Below are positions 1-10,893 of a DNA stretch of 64,000 nucleotides, in pieces. The notes below the pieces were generated by a model. It worked only from the letters and a program-made list of their open reading frames with translations, was not told the DNA's origin and searched no databases. The position numbers and the translations under genes were made by a program. The stretch's first letter is position 1; each line of letters opens with the position of its first letter. The stretch comes from a virus. Taxonomy: Duplodnaviria; Caudoviricetes. The stretch covers positions 1-64,000 of the IMG/VR virus record IMGVR_UViG_3300032167_003270; one strand, written 5' to 3'.

Positions 1-259
1 ATTCTTCACTATCTCTTTTATATTCAACACCTTGCCAATATAATGTCTGTGTTCTATACCATTTCTTTTTCTTACCTTTAAATTTTGCAGCCTTTCCAAC
101 TAATTGACATACTTGTTTTTGCATTTCAATTTCTTTGAATTTCAAACTCTGTAAAAATCCCTCCATTGAATTACATTGAACACCGTCAATTATAAATGGA
201 TGTGGTGCAAAATTAGATAATGTACTAGATGGATAACCTGTACCACTACCTACATCCAT
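1..259 (-). CDS. NADAR family / T4 gp30.3-like protein (5' part; runs off window start)
   Basis: Not in ORF track. ATG at 259 gives MDVGSGTGYPSSTLSNFAPHPFIIDGVQCNSMEGFLQSLKF...TLYWQG, with the LSNF..HPF..DG....SMEGFLQ.LK signature of gp30.3/NADAR. Confidence 0.8.
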   Translation of the reverse strand, partial: MDVGSGTGYPSSTLSNFAPHPFIIDGVQCNSMEGFLQSLKFKEIEMQKQVCQLVGKAAKFKGKKKKWYRTQTLYWQGVEYKRDSEE

Positions 260-260
260 T

Positions 261-776
261 TTACTCACTCCTTACTAATTCTTCATAGGTTTCCCCATTA
301 TATTTTGTTATTATGTACTTTCCATCAATATTTCTAACAACGATTGTGCCTGTAGGTTCATTATTAGGCAATTCGATATTATTATACATTCTTTCAATTA
401 CATCATTAGGAACTTTTCTACTTCGAGAATTATTCTGTTCCTTACACTTTTCAAGAGATGCTACAATAATATGAGAGTTGATTGCAAAACCTTTAGCATA
501 CTTATAAAAGTCTTTTCTTGCAATTTTACTTAAACTTGTTGCATCTGCCCAAACTGTTTTTCCTTTAACAAGAGCGTCTGCAATTCTACCGTGAAAAATA
601 GAAAATACAAGTCCAGCATTTTGCTGATTTTCAGCATCACCATATATTTCCTCTCTAATATCATCAGAAGATATAACCACATCATCTTCTTTTTTAACAG
701 AATTTATATATGTACTTTTTCCACAACCTGCCACTCCAACAAGTATGTTAAGTTTTCCCTTTTTCATAAGTATCAT
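261..776 (-). CDS. P-loop polynucleotide kinase-like protein (AAA_33)
   Basis: GVAGCGKST Walker A, ISSDDIR, DAT.L...R and N..R.R.VP..VI.RM motifs of the T4 Pnk kinase-like family. Confidence 0.8.
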   Translation of the reverse strand: MILMKKGKLNILVGVAGCGKSTYINSVKKEDDVVISSDDIREEIYGDAENQQNAGLVFSIFHGRIADALVKGKTVWADATSLSKIARKDFYKYAKGFAINSHIIVASLEKCKEQNNSRSRKVPNDVIERMYNNIELPNNEPTGTIVVRNIDGKYIITKYNGETYEELVRSE

Positions 777-1043
777 CTCCCCATTTTTTATTTACTATAT
801 ATAGTGTAGCACATATTTAGTAATTTGTAAATAAAAAATTTACAATATTTTAGATTTTTCGTCAAATTTATTTAATTTTCTTATATCAACCCCACTATTA
901 AGTAGTTTTTCTTTAATTCTACTTTTTTCTTTTAAAGTAATAATTCTAACCATTTCATTATCAGTTGTTTTATATTTTTTATTTAGTTTTTTATAATATT
1001 TAATTAACTTTCTCTTTGATGGTTTTGTCATATATAATTCTCC

Positions 1044-1595
1044 TTAAAACACTAATAAACCACACAATTCTTTTAATAATTCAATAGCTACTGTTTCTTT
1101 GGTTTCATTTATTTCAATCGAAACAAACTCATCTCCAATTAAAACTAAAGCATAATAAATATTTTCTTGTGTTGATTTAATAATTTTAACAGTACGACCA
1201 TCAATATAATATGTATCTAATAATTCTAATGTTTCAATTTCTTTATTATTTGAAAAATCAATCAATTCTGTATTTGCAGAATAAGTTACCTTTATATTAT
1301 TAGTTAGATAAATATAATTACTATCACTTTTAATTAAATCTATATTTATATTATTTGGAATATTAAGCATTAAAACAGGAACTTTATCATAATTACAAAC
1401 ATAAAATGCTATATCATTATAAATAAGTCCATTTTCTGATGTCTTAAAATCATTTTCAATTTTTTTAAAGTCTAAATCTAAATCCTTTGTATTCTTTGGA
1501 TATTGTGTTCTAGTTGAAATTGTATCAACTTCATTACCACAACCAACCAACAATAACATTACTAATACACTAATCAATAATACAATTCTTTTCAT
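1044..1595 (-). CDS. putative lipoprotein
   Basis: Basic N-terminus, hydrophobic stretch, LLVG-C lipobox. Confidence 0.7.
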   Translation of the reverse strand: MKRIVLLISVLVMLLLVGCGNEVDTISTRTQYPKNTKDLDLDFKKIENDFKTSENGLIYNDIAFYVCNYDKVPVLMLNIPNNINIDLIKSDSNYIYLTNNIKVTYSANTELIDFSNNKEIETLELLDTYYIDGRTVKIIKSTQENIYYALVLIGDEFVSIEINETKETVAIELLKELCGLLVF

Positions 1596-1603
1596 AATTT
1601 CTC

Positions 1604-2143
1604 CTATTTTATATGTTTTAATGCTTTATCTCCATATTTAACTAATAAATACATCCATTTATCAATAAATTTTTTATCATTAGGGTGCATAGATAATGGT
1701 TTATTTCTTTTTACTTTCCACCAATCTAATTCCTTTTCATAAGTAAAATCATCTCCATAATAGGCTCTACCTGCCCCTAAATAATCACATAATAATTCAA
1801 TTTTATATTTTTTAGGCATTTCTAAAGGTTTTCCACCATTATCAAAATCATCCTGCCAATATTCGTAATGGTGTTTATTTTTACCTTTATGATGTAACCA
1901 CGCTTTTGACCAACCATTTTGTTTTTTACATTCATCAATAGGACTTCTATCTCCTTGATAATATTTAACACTTTCAAAAAATTCAGTTGGAGAAAATTTA
2001 GATAAATCGTGTAATAATCCTTGAATAGGAATACCTGCCAATACACAATAATAAAATACCCATTTTTTATGAATACAAACTTTTTTAAAATGTTTATAAG
2101 CGTTAATAATATTCATTTTACATATCCTCACTATTCCAACCAT
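1604..2143 (-). CDS. HD-like DUF5662 family protein
   Basis: H...V..HK, LLHDLSKF, AWLHH..N.HH.EYW and E..CD..GA motifs. Confidence 0.75.
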   Translation of the reverse strand: MVGIVRICKMNIINAYKHFKKVCIHKKWVFYYCVLAGIPIQGLLHDLSKFSPTEFFESVKYYQGDRSPIDECKKQNGWSKAWLHHKGKNKHHYEYWQDDFDNGGKPLEMPKKYKIELLCDYLGAGRAYYGDDFTYEKELDWWKVKRNKPLSMHPNDKKFIDKWMYLLVKYGDKALKHIK

Positions 2144-2673
2144 TTAATGACCATATAATACTTCCGTCATTATTACAGCTTAAATCTATTCCTTTATGTT
2201 TAAACCATAATTTTAACCAATTAAAATATTCTCTTGATGGGTTAATAATAAAACTATCTACATAAGTCATATTAGGTAAAGTAATTTTCATATGTGGATT
2301 TCCTGTATAACCATTTTCGTCATATTCATATCTAAATGGACAACCCATATCTTTAAGTTCATTATTTAATTCAATTACCATTTCTTCTGTTATTTTCATT
2401 TTGTATCTCCTTTCAAGCACTTATAACAAATAAAAACTCTACCGTGTTTATTAGGTGGTTGTTCTACCAAAGCATATATAGGTAGTTTTTTATTACAATC
2501 ATTACATCTATATTTTTTATTTGCTTTCTTTGAATGATTTATATTATCTTTTTGTTTTGGTAAATATTCCTTTCCTGATTTTTCATTTAATCTTTTACCA
2601 TTATGTTGATTTATCATAATAAAAACCCCCCCCTTATATTTTTATTATAATAATATTTTATAATTTTGTATAC

Positions 2674-2705
2674 AAAAAGGAGTGATATTATTAAAATACC
2701 ACTCC
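2674..2705 (-). terminator. intrinsic terminator after gmk
   Basis: GGAGTGGTATT-loop-AATATCACTCC stem followed by TTTTT on the minus strand. Confidence 0.7.
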
Positions 2706-2711
2706 ATAAAC

Positions 2712-3269
2712 TTAACTCTTTCTAAAACCTAATGAATACATAACTTTATCTACTTCATTATACATATGTTCCAAAGTTTTATCATTATGAATAATATAAT
2801 CATAATGTCCTTTATCTCTAAATTCAATAAATTCTGCTTTTTCACTTGTTAATCTAGTAGTTAAAACTTTTTTATCATCTCCACGATTTATACCACGATT
2901 ATAAATATCGGTTTCATCAGCATCAATATAAATAGAATACATTTCTGCTTTACCACCATTATTTTCAAACCAATAAATACCCTCTGGATTGATAATATAA
3001 ACTAAATTTTCATTAGGTTTTAATCCACCAACAGCACAATATTCAATTTCAGTAGTTTTATTTTTTGTATAAGCAATAACATCATTTCTTTTCATCAATT
3101 CTGCCATTTTTGCTTTATCAACAAACCAATGCTCTTTACCATCTGTTTCATAATCTCTTTTTGGTCTTGTTGTATATGATACTACCATAGGAATATTATA
3201 TGTTTCATTTATATATTTGGCTACTGAATCTTTTCCACTATTCGTTAAACCAACAATACTAATAATCAT
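2712..3269 (-). CDS. gmk: guanylate kinase
   Basis: G...SGKDS P-loop, VSYTTRPKR..E.DG.EHWFV, INP.G, RGD. Start taken at MIISIVG behind a GAGG RBS. Confidence 0.85.
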   Translation of the reverse strand: MIISIVGLTNSGKDSVAKYINETYNIPMVVSYTTRPKRDYETDGKEHWFVDKAKMAELMKRNDVIAYTKNKTTEIEYCAVGGLKPNENLVYIINPEGIYWFENNGGKAEMYSIYIDADETDIYNRGINRGDDKKVLTTRLTSEKAEFIEFRDKGHYDYIIHNDKTLEHMYNEVDKVMYSLGFRKS

Positions 3270-3282
3270 ATATGTACCTCTC

Positions 3283-4923
3283 TTATTTATTATATTTTTC
3301 ATTAAATTCTGATACTGTCATAGGTTTAGCATAATAAAAACCTTGTACTGTATCACAACCACATTCACTTAAAAATTGTACTTGTTCTTGTGTTTCAACA
3401 CCCTCTGCAATTATATCAAGTCCAATAGAATGTGACATAGAAATGGTAGATTTAATAATCTGTTGACCCCTATCTGATTCCGTAAAATTATTTAAGAACA
3501 TTCTATCAATTTTAATAACATCAAATTTAGTATCTTTAAGCATATTAAGAGAAGAATATCCAGAACCAAAATCGTCCATAAGTAATGTATATCCTTGTTC
3601 TTTTAATAAGTCTATACTTCTATTGATAGTTTTATCATCAATAGTTTCTGTGATTTCCAATTCTAAATATGATTTCTCTAATTTATATTTCTTAATTAGT
3701 AAATCTAAATATTCAATATAACTATCGTCTATCATATTCTTTCTTGATACATTTACTGAAATTGGAATAATAGGTTTATTTTCATCACGCCATTTAGACA
3801 AACATTTACAAGCCTCTTCCCAAATATACCAATCTAATTTAATAATGAACCCATTCTTTTCAAATAATGAAATGAATTTAATAGGTGGAATGACACCTTT
3901 AGTTGGATGTACCCATCTAACTAATGCCTCTGCTCCAACTACTTTATTTGTTATTACATTAAATTTAGGTTGTAAATACATTTGAAATTCTTTATTTTTC
4001 AATGCCCTCTCCATATGTGATAATATCCAAATTTCATCTTCATCATTTGACATATTATCAAAATCATAGAAAGCATAATATTTAAGAATATCGCCTTTAA
4101 TACTTTGTCTAGCAATAGCAGCACCATCTCCATAAAATCTCAAAATTTTCGATTTATCTGTTATATAATTTATACCAAAAACAAGACGATAGTGCTTATA
4201 TTTATAATTTAATAAATTTTTCCTAATTTCTTCTATTAAATCTAATATATCTTGTTTTGTTTCATAAGTGGTTACAATCATAAATACATCAGCAGTTAAT
4301 CTAGTATATAGTTGTTCATCATTACAAATAATTTTTAAATTATCTATGATATATTTTAATAATTCATCTCCAAATTGCTCTCCATATTGTGAATTGATAT
4401 TTTTAAATCCCTCTATATCAAATTGAATAATAGCAAAGGTTTTATCTGGATTTGCATTAAATAGATTTTGAACCTCTATATTAAAACTATCTGGGTTTTT
4501 ATCATTTGTAATAGTTTGTGATAGTGTATATCTATAACTATCTTCTGTACTTAATTTTGTAATTGTGGTTAATACAGTATCAGCCACATTCTCTACATAA
4601 TTAAAATTACAAGTAATCTTATAATATGTATTACTATTATTTACATTAAAAGTAAATATTTGTTCTAATACATCTTTATTGTTAGGAGTTTTATTTTCTC
4701 CCATTAAATTTGATTTAATCATTTTTATAAATCGTTTAAATTTTGATATTTCTTGCTTAACAATAAGTGGCTCTAATGCTTGAATACCACTCTCATAATA
4801 TTTTTCATCAATACAATCGGTATTAGCATTGATTACTTGCCAACCTTGTTCATATTTCCAAAAAAGAGTAATAGTGTCTTTTTTAGATAGAAATAGGTTT
4901 AAAATTTCTAATGAATTGTTCAT
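3283..4923 (-). CDS. degenerate GGDEF + EAL c-di-GMP phosphodiesterase
   Basis: GGDEF site reads TADVF. EAL domain motifs intact: YLQPK, AEALVRW, SVNVS, ELEITE, DDFGSGYSSL, IKID, AEGVET, QGFYY. Confidence 0.9.
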   Translation of the reverse strand: MNNSLEILNLFLSKKDTITLFWKYEQGWQVINANTDCIDEKYYESGIQALEPLIVKQEISKFKRFIKMIKSNLMGENKTPNNKDVLEQIFTFNVNNSNTYYKITCNFNYVENVADTVLTTITKLSTEDSYRYTLSQTITNDKNPDSFNIEVQNLFNANPDKTFAIIQFDIEGFKNINSQYGEQFGDELLKYIIDNLKIICNDEQLYTRLTADVFMIVTTYETKQDILDLIEEIRKNLLNYKYKHYRLVFGINYITDKSKILRFYGDGAAIARQSIKGDILKYYAFYDFDNMSNDEDEIWILSHMERALKNKEFQMYLQPKFNVITNKVVGAEALVRWVHPTKGVIPPIKFISLFEKNGFIIKLDWYIWEEACKCLSKWRDENKPIIPISVNVSRKNMIDDSYIEYLDLLIKKYKLEKSYLELEITETIDDKTINRSIDLLKEQGYTLLMDDFGSGYSSLNMLKDTKFDVIKIDRMFLNNFTESDRGQQIIKSTISMSHSIGLDIIAEGVETQEQVQFLSECGCDTVQGFYYAKPMTVSEFNEKYNK

Positions 4924-4929
4924 AAGACA

Positions 4930-6009
4930 CTATTCCCTCCGTTCCTTTAATTTATGTTGAATGTAATATTGTTTCTTATCCTTATACATTCTTTTCTCTG
5001 CTTCTTTTAACATTTCATCTATATTGATGTTTTCTAGTTCTTTATAACTATATCCAATAGCAATATGATAAGATGCTTTAGTTATTTTTCTATTTAATTC
5101 TTCAATTTTTTGTTGGATAGCGATTTCATTCTTATCTATAACAAAAACAACAAATTCATCTCCACCAATTCTATAAACTTGGTCTAAAAAGAATACATCT
5201 TTTAATTGATTTGCCACATATTTAAGCATTTCATCTCCTGCATCGTGACCTTTTTCATTATTCAGTTCGTGTAAACCATTTACATCAATATAAATACAAG
5301 TTAAGGCAGTTCTTACCTTTTCTTTAATTGTTTTTATATCCATTTCAAATGAATTTCTATTATTTGTTTGTGTTAGTATATCGGTAATTCCTAATTTTTG
5401 TAATTTATATTCTAATAAAAAATTACTTGCTTTCATTCTATCTACAATAATTCCACTTATAATTCCTAATGTACTATATAATAAAGCATTTAGAATATCT
5501 GTTATAATTAAATCTAATTCTTTATAATGAAAATCTAATATAATAAATATTAAAGTAAATCCATAAGAAATTATAGTTGTTCTTATTGGTATATCAATAA
5601 ATAATATAGGTATGAATACTAACATTACCATAAACATTATTGCCGACTGTGTAGGATTTAATATAGTTCCCACAATTATACTATAACACATTATAGCAAT
5701 TATGTTTATATATACTAATGCTTGTGTATACTTATAATTCTTTTTATCTATAATTTTAATAATAAATATTAAAATTGTTGTAAATATAAAAACACATAAA
5801 TATAATAATGGACTTTTAAAAATGGTTGGTAAGAAAAATGATAAACCAAATAATATAGTCATCAATATTGATGATATATGTAAAAATAAATCTAACATTG
5901 TTCTATTATATATGGAAATGTTAGGTTTTATAATTTCATATTCTTTTTCTGTTAGACCAATAAAATATATAAATTTTTCTATTTTATTAATCATATTTTT
6001 TCCTTTCAT
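4930..6009 (-). CDS. membrane-bound diguanylate cyclase
   Basis: About 6 hydrophobic helices, then D.LT...NR, DVNGL..ND..GH..GD and an intact YRIGGDEF. Confidence 0.9.
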   Translation of the reverse strand: MKGKNMINKIEKFIYFIGLTEKEYEIIKPNISIYNRTMLDLFLHISSILMTILFGLSFFLPTIFKSPLLYLCVFIFTTILIFIIKIIDKKNYKYTQALVYINIIAIMCYSIIVGTILNPTQSAIMFMVMLVFIPILFIDIPIRTTIISYGFTLIFIILDFHYKELDLIITDILNALLYSTLGIISGIIVDRMKASNFLLEYKLQKLGITDILTQTNNRNSFEMDIKTIKEKVRTALTCIYIDVNGLHELNNEKGHDAGDEMLKYVANQLKDVFFLDQVYRIGGDEFVVFVIDKNEIAIQQKIEELNRKITKASYHIAIGYSYKELENINIDEMLKEAEKRMYKDKKQYYIQHKLKERRE

Positions 6010-6032
6010 TCTTTATAAGAGTATAATACTAA

Positions 6033-6422
6033 TTAGTTTTCTTCATAATCGTCTTCTTCGTCAAAATCAGTCATAATCTCTCTACCCATAATTCTATGGC
6101 TCATACGCTCTTCTTCGACTTGTTTTGATAAAACTTCAATTACATCTTGTGATTTCTTAATATTTTTCAATTCAAAATCATTCATACTTTTATCAGAAGA
6201 TTGAACTCTAATTGTTCCTAGTCCAAACATTCTTTGTATTAAAGAACGAGATAACCCAACATCCAAAATACGATATAATCTAACCTCATCATATTGTTTA
6301 TTGAAAAATCCACGCTCAATAAACAATCTATTATCAGTTAATTCATATATTGTGAATGTCCAGGGCAATCCACACCAAATACGCTTTCTATCTCTCCATA
6401 ATGAATTATCTCTTGTTTTCAT
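6033..6422 (-). CDS. bacterial PH-domain (bPH_2) protein
   Basis: Y.LT..RL....G.......E..LYRI.DV...RSL.QR.FGLGTI pattern. Confidence 0.75.
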   Translation of the reverse strand: MKTRDNSLWRDRKRIWCGLPWTFTIYELTDNRLFIERGFFNKQYDEVRLYRILDVGLSRSLIQRMFGLGTIRVQSSDKSMNDFELKNIKKSQDVIEVLSKQVEEERMSHRIMGREIMTDFDEEDDYEEN

Positions 6423-6489
6423 AAGTTACCTCCTTATTATAATTTAATATAAAAATAAGAGTGTTTATAAAAAACACTCTTATAAAACT

Positions 6490-7011
6490 TTATCTATGTT
6501 TCCAAGTTTTATCAGTCATTGAAGTTTTCTTATAGCAATTCTCATATATTTCTTGGTCATACTTGGTTAAATCAAATTCTTCAATTATCCAAATAATACC
6601 ACCAACATAATGTTCTCTACTTGATGTACAATATCCACCATCATAAATTGCGTTGATTTGCTTTTCATAATCAGTTAGATATAAAGCGTCATCATAATAG
6701 CCATTATTGATAATTTCAAGATATTCGTATGTACCCTCTTCTAATGAATCAAATGAGGTATAACCACCATATAATCCCCAAAGATTATTAGAATAACAAT
6801 ACTTACCTATATGACTTTCCATATATGCCTGTGCAATACACACACTAGGAAGTACACCATACTCTTCCCAATTCTCTGTACACACTTCTGCTAAATATTC
6901 TGCAATTTCTGTCTGTTCCTCATCTAGTTTATGGTTAGCAGCTTGTACCTCTGTTGGACAAAATCCAATTAAAAGTACCATAATTGTCAACATTGTTACA
7001 AATTTCTTCAT
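6490..7011 (-). CDS. secreted GH73 glucosaminidase-like cell wall hydrolase
   Basis: Signal peptide; LPSVCIAQA..ES, NNLWG and GY.T...Y motifs. Confidence 0.75.
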   Translation of the reverse strand: MKKFVTMLTIMVLLIGFCPTEVQAANHKLDEEQTEIAEYLAEVCTENWEEYGVLPSVCIAQAYMESHIGKYCYSNNLWGLYGGYTSFDSLEEGTYEYLEIINNGYYDDALYLTDYEKQINAIYDGGYCTSSREHYVGGIIWIIEEFDLTKYDQEIYENCYKKTSMTDKTWKHR

Positions 7012-7132
7012 AATAACTTACCTCCGTTTGTCCTAAAAATAACTCAACGACAGTATTTATTATACCAAAAGTTTCCATTTTTGTAAACAATTTTTTGAAA
7101 TTTTTGTAACAATTTTGTAATATTTGTGTTCC

Positions 7133-7146
7133 TTATAATTAAATAG
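7133..7146 (-). promoter_or_regulatory. element-specific motif CTATTTAATTATA (first of 13 copies)
   Basis: TATAATTAAATAG on the + strand recurs at gene boundaries. All positions are listed in findings. Confidence 0.65.
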
Positions 7147-7478
7147 TTCTTATTATTTACTCAATTTCATTATAACGATGCCTTGTGTCATTTAACCAAT
7201 TTGGTTTTTCTGCAAGAATTTTATTAAAATATTCTTCTTGTTCTTTTAAATCATCTGAATGTTTTTTAATCTCTTCTAATACTGTTATAGGGGGGTCACA
7301 ATACTCATCTGTTTCATTATCATAAGCCCACCATTGCTTTGTATTAAATCCTAAAATTGCATTATATCTCATAATTTAATTATCCTTTCATATAAATTAT
7401 TCTTTTAAAAATTCTAAATTCATAGTTATCAATTACTGAATAAATAATATCATTATGTTGAATATTTATTATACTTTA

Positions 7479-7507
7479 ATTATATCACATTTTTACTAAT
7501 TTGTCAA
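7479..7507 (-). promoter_or_regulatory. sigma70/SigA promoter
   Basis: TTGACA-17 bp-TATAAT exact consensus on the minus strand. Confidence 0.8.
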
Positions 7508-7559
7508 TTAAGTTTTAATGAAATAAAGGAGAATTATAAAAATAATTCCCCTTAAATAA

Positions 7560-8744
7560 TTAATTAGCCTTAAAATTATAAATAGGTTTAATACAATCTA
7601 TAATATCTACGGTATCTTTTACATTTTCAACAATTTCATCCATTGGCTTATATACCATTGGAGATTCGTCAATAGTTGCAGTAGATACACAAGTTGTATA
7701 AATACCATTCATAGATTTTTGATATTCTTCCATAGATACTAAATCTTTTGCCTGACTTCTTGACATAATTCTACCTGCTCCGTGTGGTGCTGAATAATTC
7801 CATTCTGGATTTCCCTTACCTACACAAATTAAAGAACCGTCACGCATATTCATAGGTATAAGAACTTTTTCTCCTAATTGTGCTGAAATAGCACCCTTAC
7901 GAAGAATCATATTATCTATATCTATATAATTATGGATAGTATCAAATCGTTCTACATCGTGTAAATTAGCATATTTAAGAATTTGTGCAATAATAGTTTC
8001 TCTATTGATTTTTGCGTGTTCTTGTGCTAATTCCATATCGTGAATATAATCTTCAAAGTTTTGACCCTCTACATAACATAAATCCTTTGGAATAGGACCT
8101 GTTTGCATTTTGATAATTTTTATTGTATTCTCAATATCACGATGTTTTCCCTCTGATTTTAATTTTTCTACAGTTTCTTTTATCTTTTTTTCAATACCAT
8201 TATTTTTAATAGTATGATATGCTAAATCTTGATAATGCTTACAAACTTCAAGTCCTAAATGTCTTGAACCTGTATGTACTACTAACCATAGATTTCCATT
8301 TTTATCTTTATCTACTTCAATAAAATGATTTCCACCACCCAAAGTACCTAAAGACTTAAAAGCCTTATCAACATCAATAGGTGCTTTAATTTTATCTATA
8401 TTAGATTTAGCAATGGCTCTTTCGTGAATATCAAAACCTGATGGTACATATTTACGAATTACATTATCTAACATATCTAAATCAATTTCAGTTTCTTCTA
8501 ATTTAACTGATAACATACCGCAGCCAATATCTACTCCAACAAGATTAGGCACTATTTTATCGTTAATAGTCATAGTAGTACCAATAACACAACCTGCCCC
8601 TGCGTGAGTATCTGGCATAATACGAATTTGATTCTCTTTAATAAATTCTTGATTTAATAACTGAATAATTTGTGATTGTGTTTCATTATCAACATTATCA
8701 GTATATATAATAGCATTGTTATATTTTCCGTTTATAGTAAACAT
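7560..8744 (-). CDS. rtcB: RtcB RNA ligase
   Basis: MPD.HAG, VGVDIGCG, GGGNHFIE, HTGSR, HNY, RKGA and HGAGR motifs. Confidence 0.95.
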   Translation of the reverse strand: MFTINGKYNNAIIYTDNVDNETQSQIIQLLNQEFIKENQIRIMPDTHAGAGCVIGTTMTINDKIVPNLVGVDIGCGMLSVKLEETEIDLDMLDNVIRKYVPSGFDIHERAIAKSNIDKIKAPIDVDKAFKSLGTLGGGNHFIEVDKDKNGNLWLVVHTGSRHLGLEVCKHYQDLAYHTIKNNGIEKKIKETVEKLKSEGKHRDIENTIKIIKMQTGPIPKDLCYVEGQNFEDYIHDMELAQEHAKINRETIIAQILKYANLHDVERFDTIHNYIDIDNMILRKGAISAQLGEKVLIPMNMRDGSLICVGKGNPEWNYSAPHGAGRIMSRSQAKDLVSMEEYQKSMNGIYTTCVSTATIDESPMVYKPMDEIVENVKDTVDIIDCIKPIYNFKAN

Positions 8745-8761
8745 ATTAAATTTACCCCCTT

Positions 8762-9304
8762 TTATATAAGCAAATCTCCGTCTTCTATACGATAATTTAA
8801 TTGAATTATCTGCTTATTGTGTCTATTTGCATATCTCATACATTCGGCAGTTCCACCTTTTGCAGATGCCCAATCATCTCCTTGATATAAAGCAACTACA
8901 AAGTCCGAATCATCTACCATTTTATGATTTCTGTCCATTAAGGCTTTACTCCAATTTTCAACACAATAACCTTGTAAATATTTAACTTCATCTGCTTTTT
9001 CTAACATTTGTTTATAATCATCTTGTGAAAATACTCCGATTTTAGCCCACATTTTCTCTTGTCCTTTATATGGCACATAAACAATATTGGTTATATCATC
9101 ATATTTTGTTTTTAATTTATTTACAGCCCAAAAAGCAAGTTGGTCAAATCCTTGAGCACCACCAGTTATAAAAGTTCGTACTCCGTCATCATATAACTTT
9201 TTAACAAATTTAACTAACTGATTATTAAATTCTAAATAACATTCTCGGTCATAACCACACAAATCCTTTGGTCTACGACCTGTAAAACATACTACTTTAC
9301 TCAT
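8762..9304 (-). CDS. SLOG family (YpsA/DUF1273-like) protein
   Basis: CFTGRRP, FITGGAQGFD, RN..MVD.SD and GGT..C..YA motifs. Confidence 0.8.
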   Translation of the reverse strand: MSKVVCFTGRRPKDLCGYDRECYLEFNNQLVKFVKKLYDDGVRTFITGGAQGFDQLAFWAVNKLKTKYDDITNIVYVPYKGQEKMWAKIGVFSQDDYKQMLEKADEVKYLQGYCVENWSKALMDRNHKMVDDSDFVVALYQGDDWASAKGGTAECMRYANRHNKQIIQLNYRIEDGDLLI

Positions 9305-9313
9305 AAAATACTC

Positions 9314-9733
9314 CTAAAATGACCATTTATAGAATTTACCATCTTTATTATAATAACGGTGTTGTTGAAATATATTATCTACGATTTCCATTTCATTAGA
9401 ATTAAATCTATGAAAATACTCGTCTTCTGTACCAAACAAATCAGATAACCACCAACAATTATAAGTTTCATTCCAAATAACTTGATATACTTTATATTTA
9501 GGTGTTCCATTTTCGTCTGTATCAATAAAACATTCAACAATATCTCCTGAATAAATTTCAGAATTATTTTTATCTATGCCAACATTATATAAAATGGTAA
9601 CACTATCTAATGAAATTTCCATTTCCGTATAGACATCTTTACTTATTGCATCATTGATTTTAACTTTATTATTTTTAAAATCAATACCTAATACATCTGT
9701 AAATATACCTAAATAATATGCTTTGATTTTCAT
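9314..9733 (-). CDS. YopX family phage protein
   Basis: G.DKN..EIY.GDIV and terminal EIV.NI motifs. Confidence 0.7.
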   Translation of the reverse strand: MKIKAYYLGIFTDVLGIDFKNNKVKINDAISKDVYTEMEISLDSVTILYNVGIDKNNSEIYSGDIVECFIDTDENGTPKYKVYQVIWNETYNCWWLSDLFGTEDEYFHRFNSNEMEIVDNIFQQHRYYNKDGKFYKWSF

Positions 9734-9744
9734 AATATCACTCC

Positions 9745-10281
9745 TTACTTAACAAAATCAAATTCTTCCATATAAATAGTATATCCGTCCTTTTTATATT
9801 TTTCAGCAGAACCAGTAAATGCAAATCCAGAACCATCTTCTTTAATGGCTAATCCGTCATAACCTTTCTTCTTAAATTTCTTAAAATCTTTCTCAATATG
9901 ATAAAGTTTTAAAAATTCTTCAACAATATAGACAATAGAATTACTTGCCATTGTCTGAATAGTAATATCTTCGTCTTTAATATAAGGATGATACTTTTTA
10001 AATCTCTCGCACTCTTCCTTAAACTGTTGTGGTCTTTCCTTATATAAATTTATAATAAAATCATTATTATAATTTTTTGCAAAATTAATAATGGTGTGCA
10101 TCATATTTTCTTCGTCTTTCTTTGTATTATAATTAACTATCTCACAACCACCATCGCCATAATCTTCATAAGTTCCAATTTTCTTTCCATAAAGATACAT
10201 AGACGCAGTTATTCCCCCATATCCCTCTCTACCAGGAAATTCTTTAACATTCTTTAATTCAAAACAATAAACACTTGCCAT
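9745..10281 (-). CDS. hypothetical protein
   Basis: 178-aa ORF with RBS, co-oriented; contains a D.G.GG motif. Confidence 0.6.
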   Translation of the reverse strand: MASVYCFELKNVKEFPGREGYGGITASMYLYGKKIGTYEDYGDGGCEIVNYNTKKDEENMMHTIINFAKNYNNDFIINLYKERPQQFKEECERFKKYHPYIKDEDITIQTMASNSIVYIVEEFLKLYHIEKDFKKFKKKGYDGLAIKEDGSGFAFTGSAEKYKKDGYTIYMEEFDFVK

Positions 10282-10621
10282 AATATTATTCTCCTTTACA
10301 AATAGTAAAATTTAAACACAAAAGATTAATAAGGGAAATTGTACCCCCCTTTTATAGTTTTAATAATTTATTTTCGTCAAATACTATATTCATTTCAACT
10401 AACGCAACTCTCTCATTTTCTTTAATTTGTAATTCCCTATTTACATAGTTTTTTACTGTTTTTCCGTGCATAAAAGAAATTGCATCTTCTAAATTTTTGA
10501 AAATATTTTCTCTTTCATCTCTTACACTATTTAGACCGTCAGGAACTTCTGTCCAAACAGATATAGTTTTATGTTTAATTGCGTTATTTATATTTTCCAT
10601 TTTTATAATTCCTTTCTATCC

Positions 10622-10888
10622 TTATAAATGTAATCTTTGTACTCTTTCAGTTCTTTTGCAACCCTCATAACAAGCACATTTATAACATCGTTCTTGTGTC
10701 TTTGTATATCCATAAGGACAACAAAAATCTTCTACAAAAGAAATTTGCAAATCGGTTTCTCCAATTTGAGATATTTCCACAATAGAATTATCCATAATAT
10801 CAAATCTACTTAACATTTCTTGTGGAATTTTAATACAACCATCTTCAATTTTTGCATATACATATCTTGACATTTTTAAAACCCCCAA
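10622..10888 (-). CDS. AbrB/MazE-like DNA-binding protein with Cys-rich tail
   Basis: KI.DG.I.IP.EM...F.I.....VEI pattern; C-terminal CCP...C..C..Y..C. Confidence 0.5.
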   Translation of the reverse strand: MGVLKMSRYVYAKIEDGCIKIPQEMLSRFDIMDNSIVEISQIGETDLQISFVEDFCCPYGYTKTQERCYKCACYEGCKRTERVQRLHL

Positions 10889-10893
10889 AAGTA

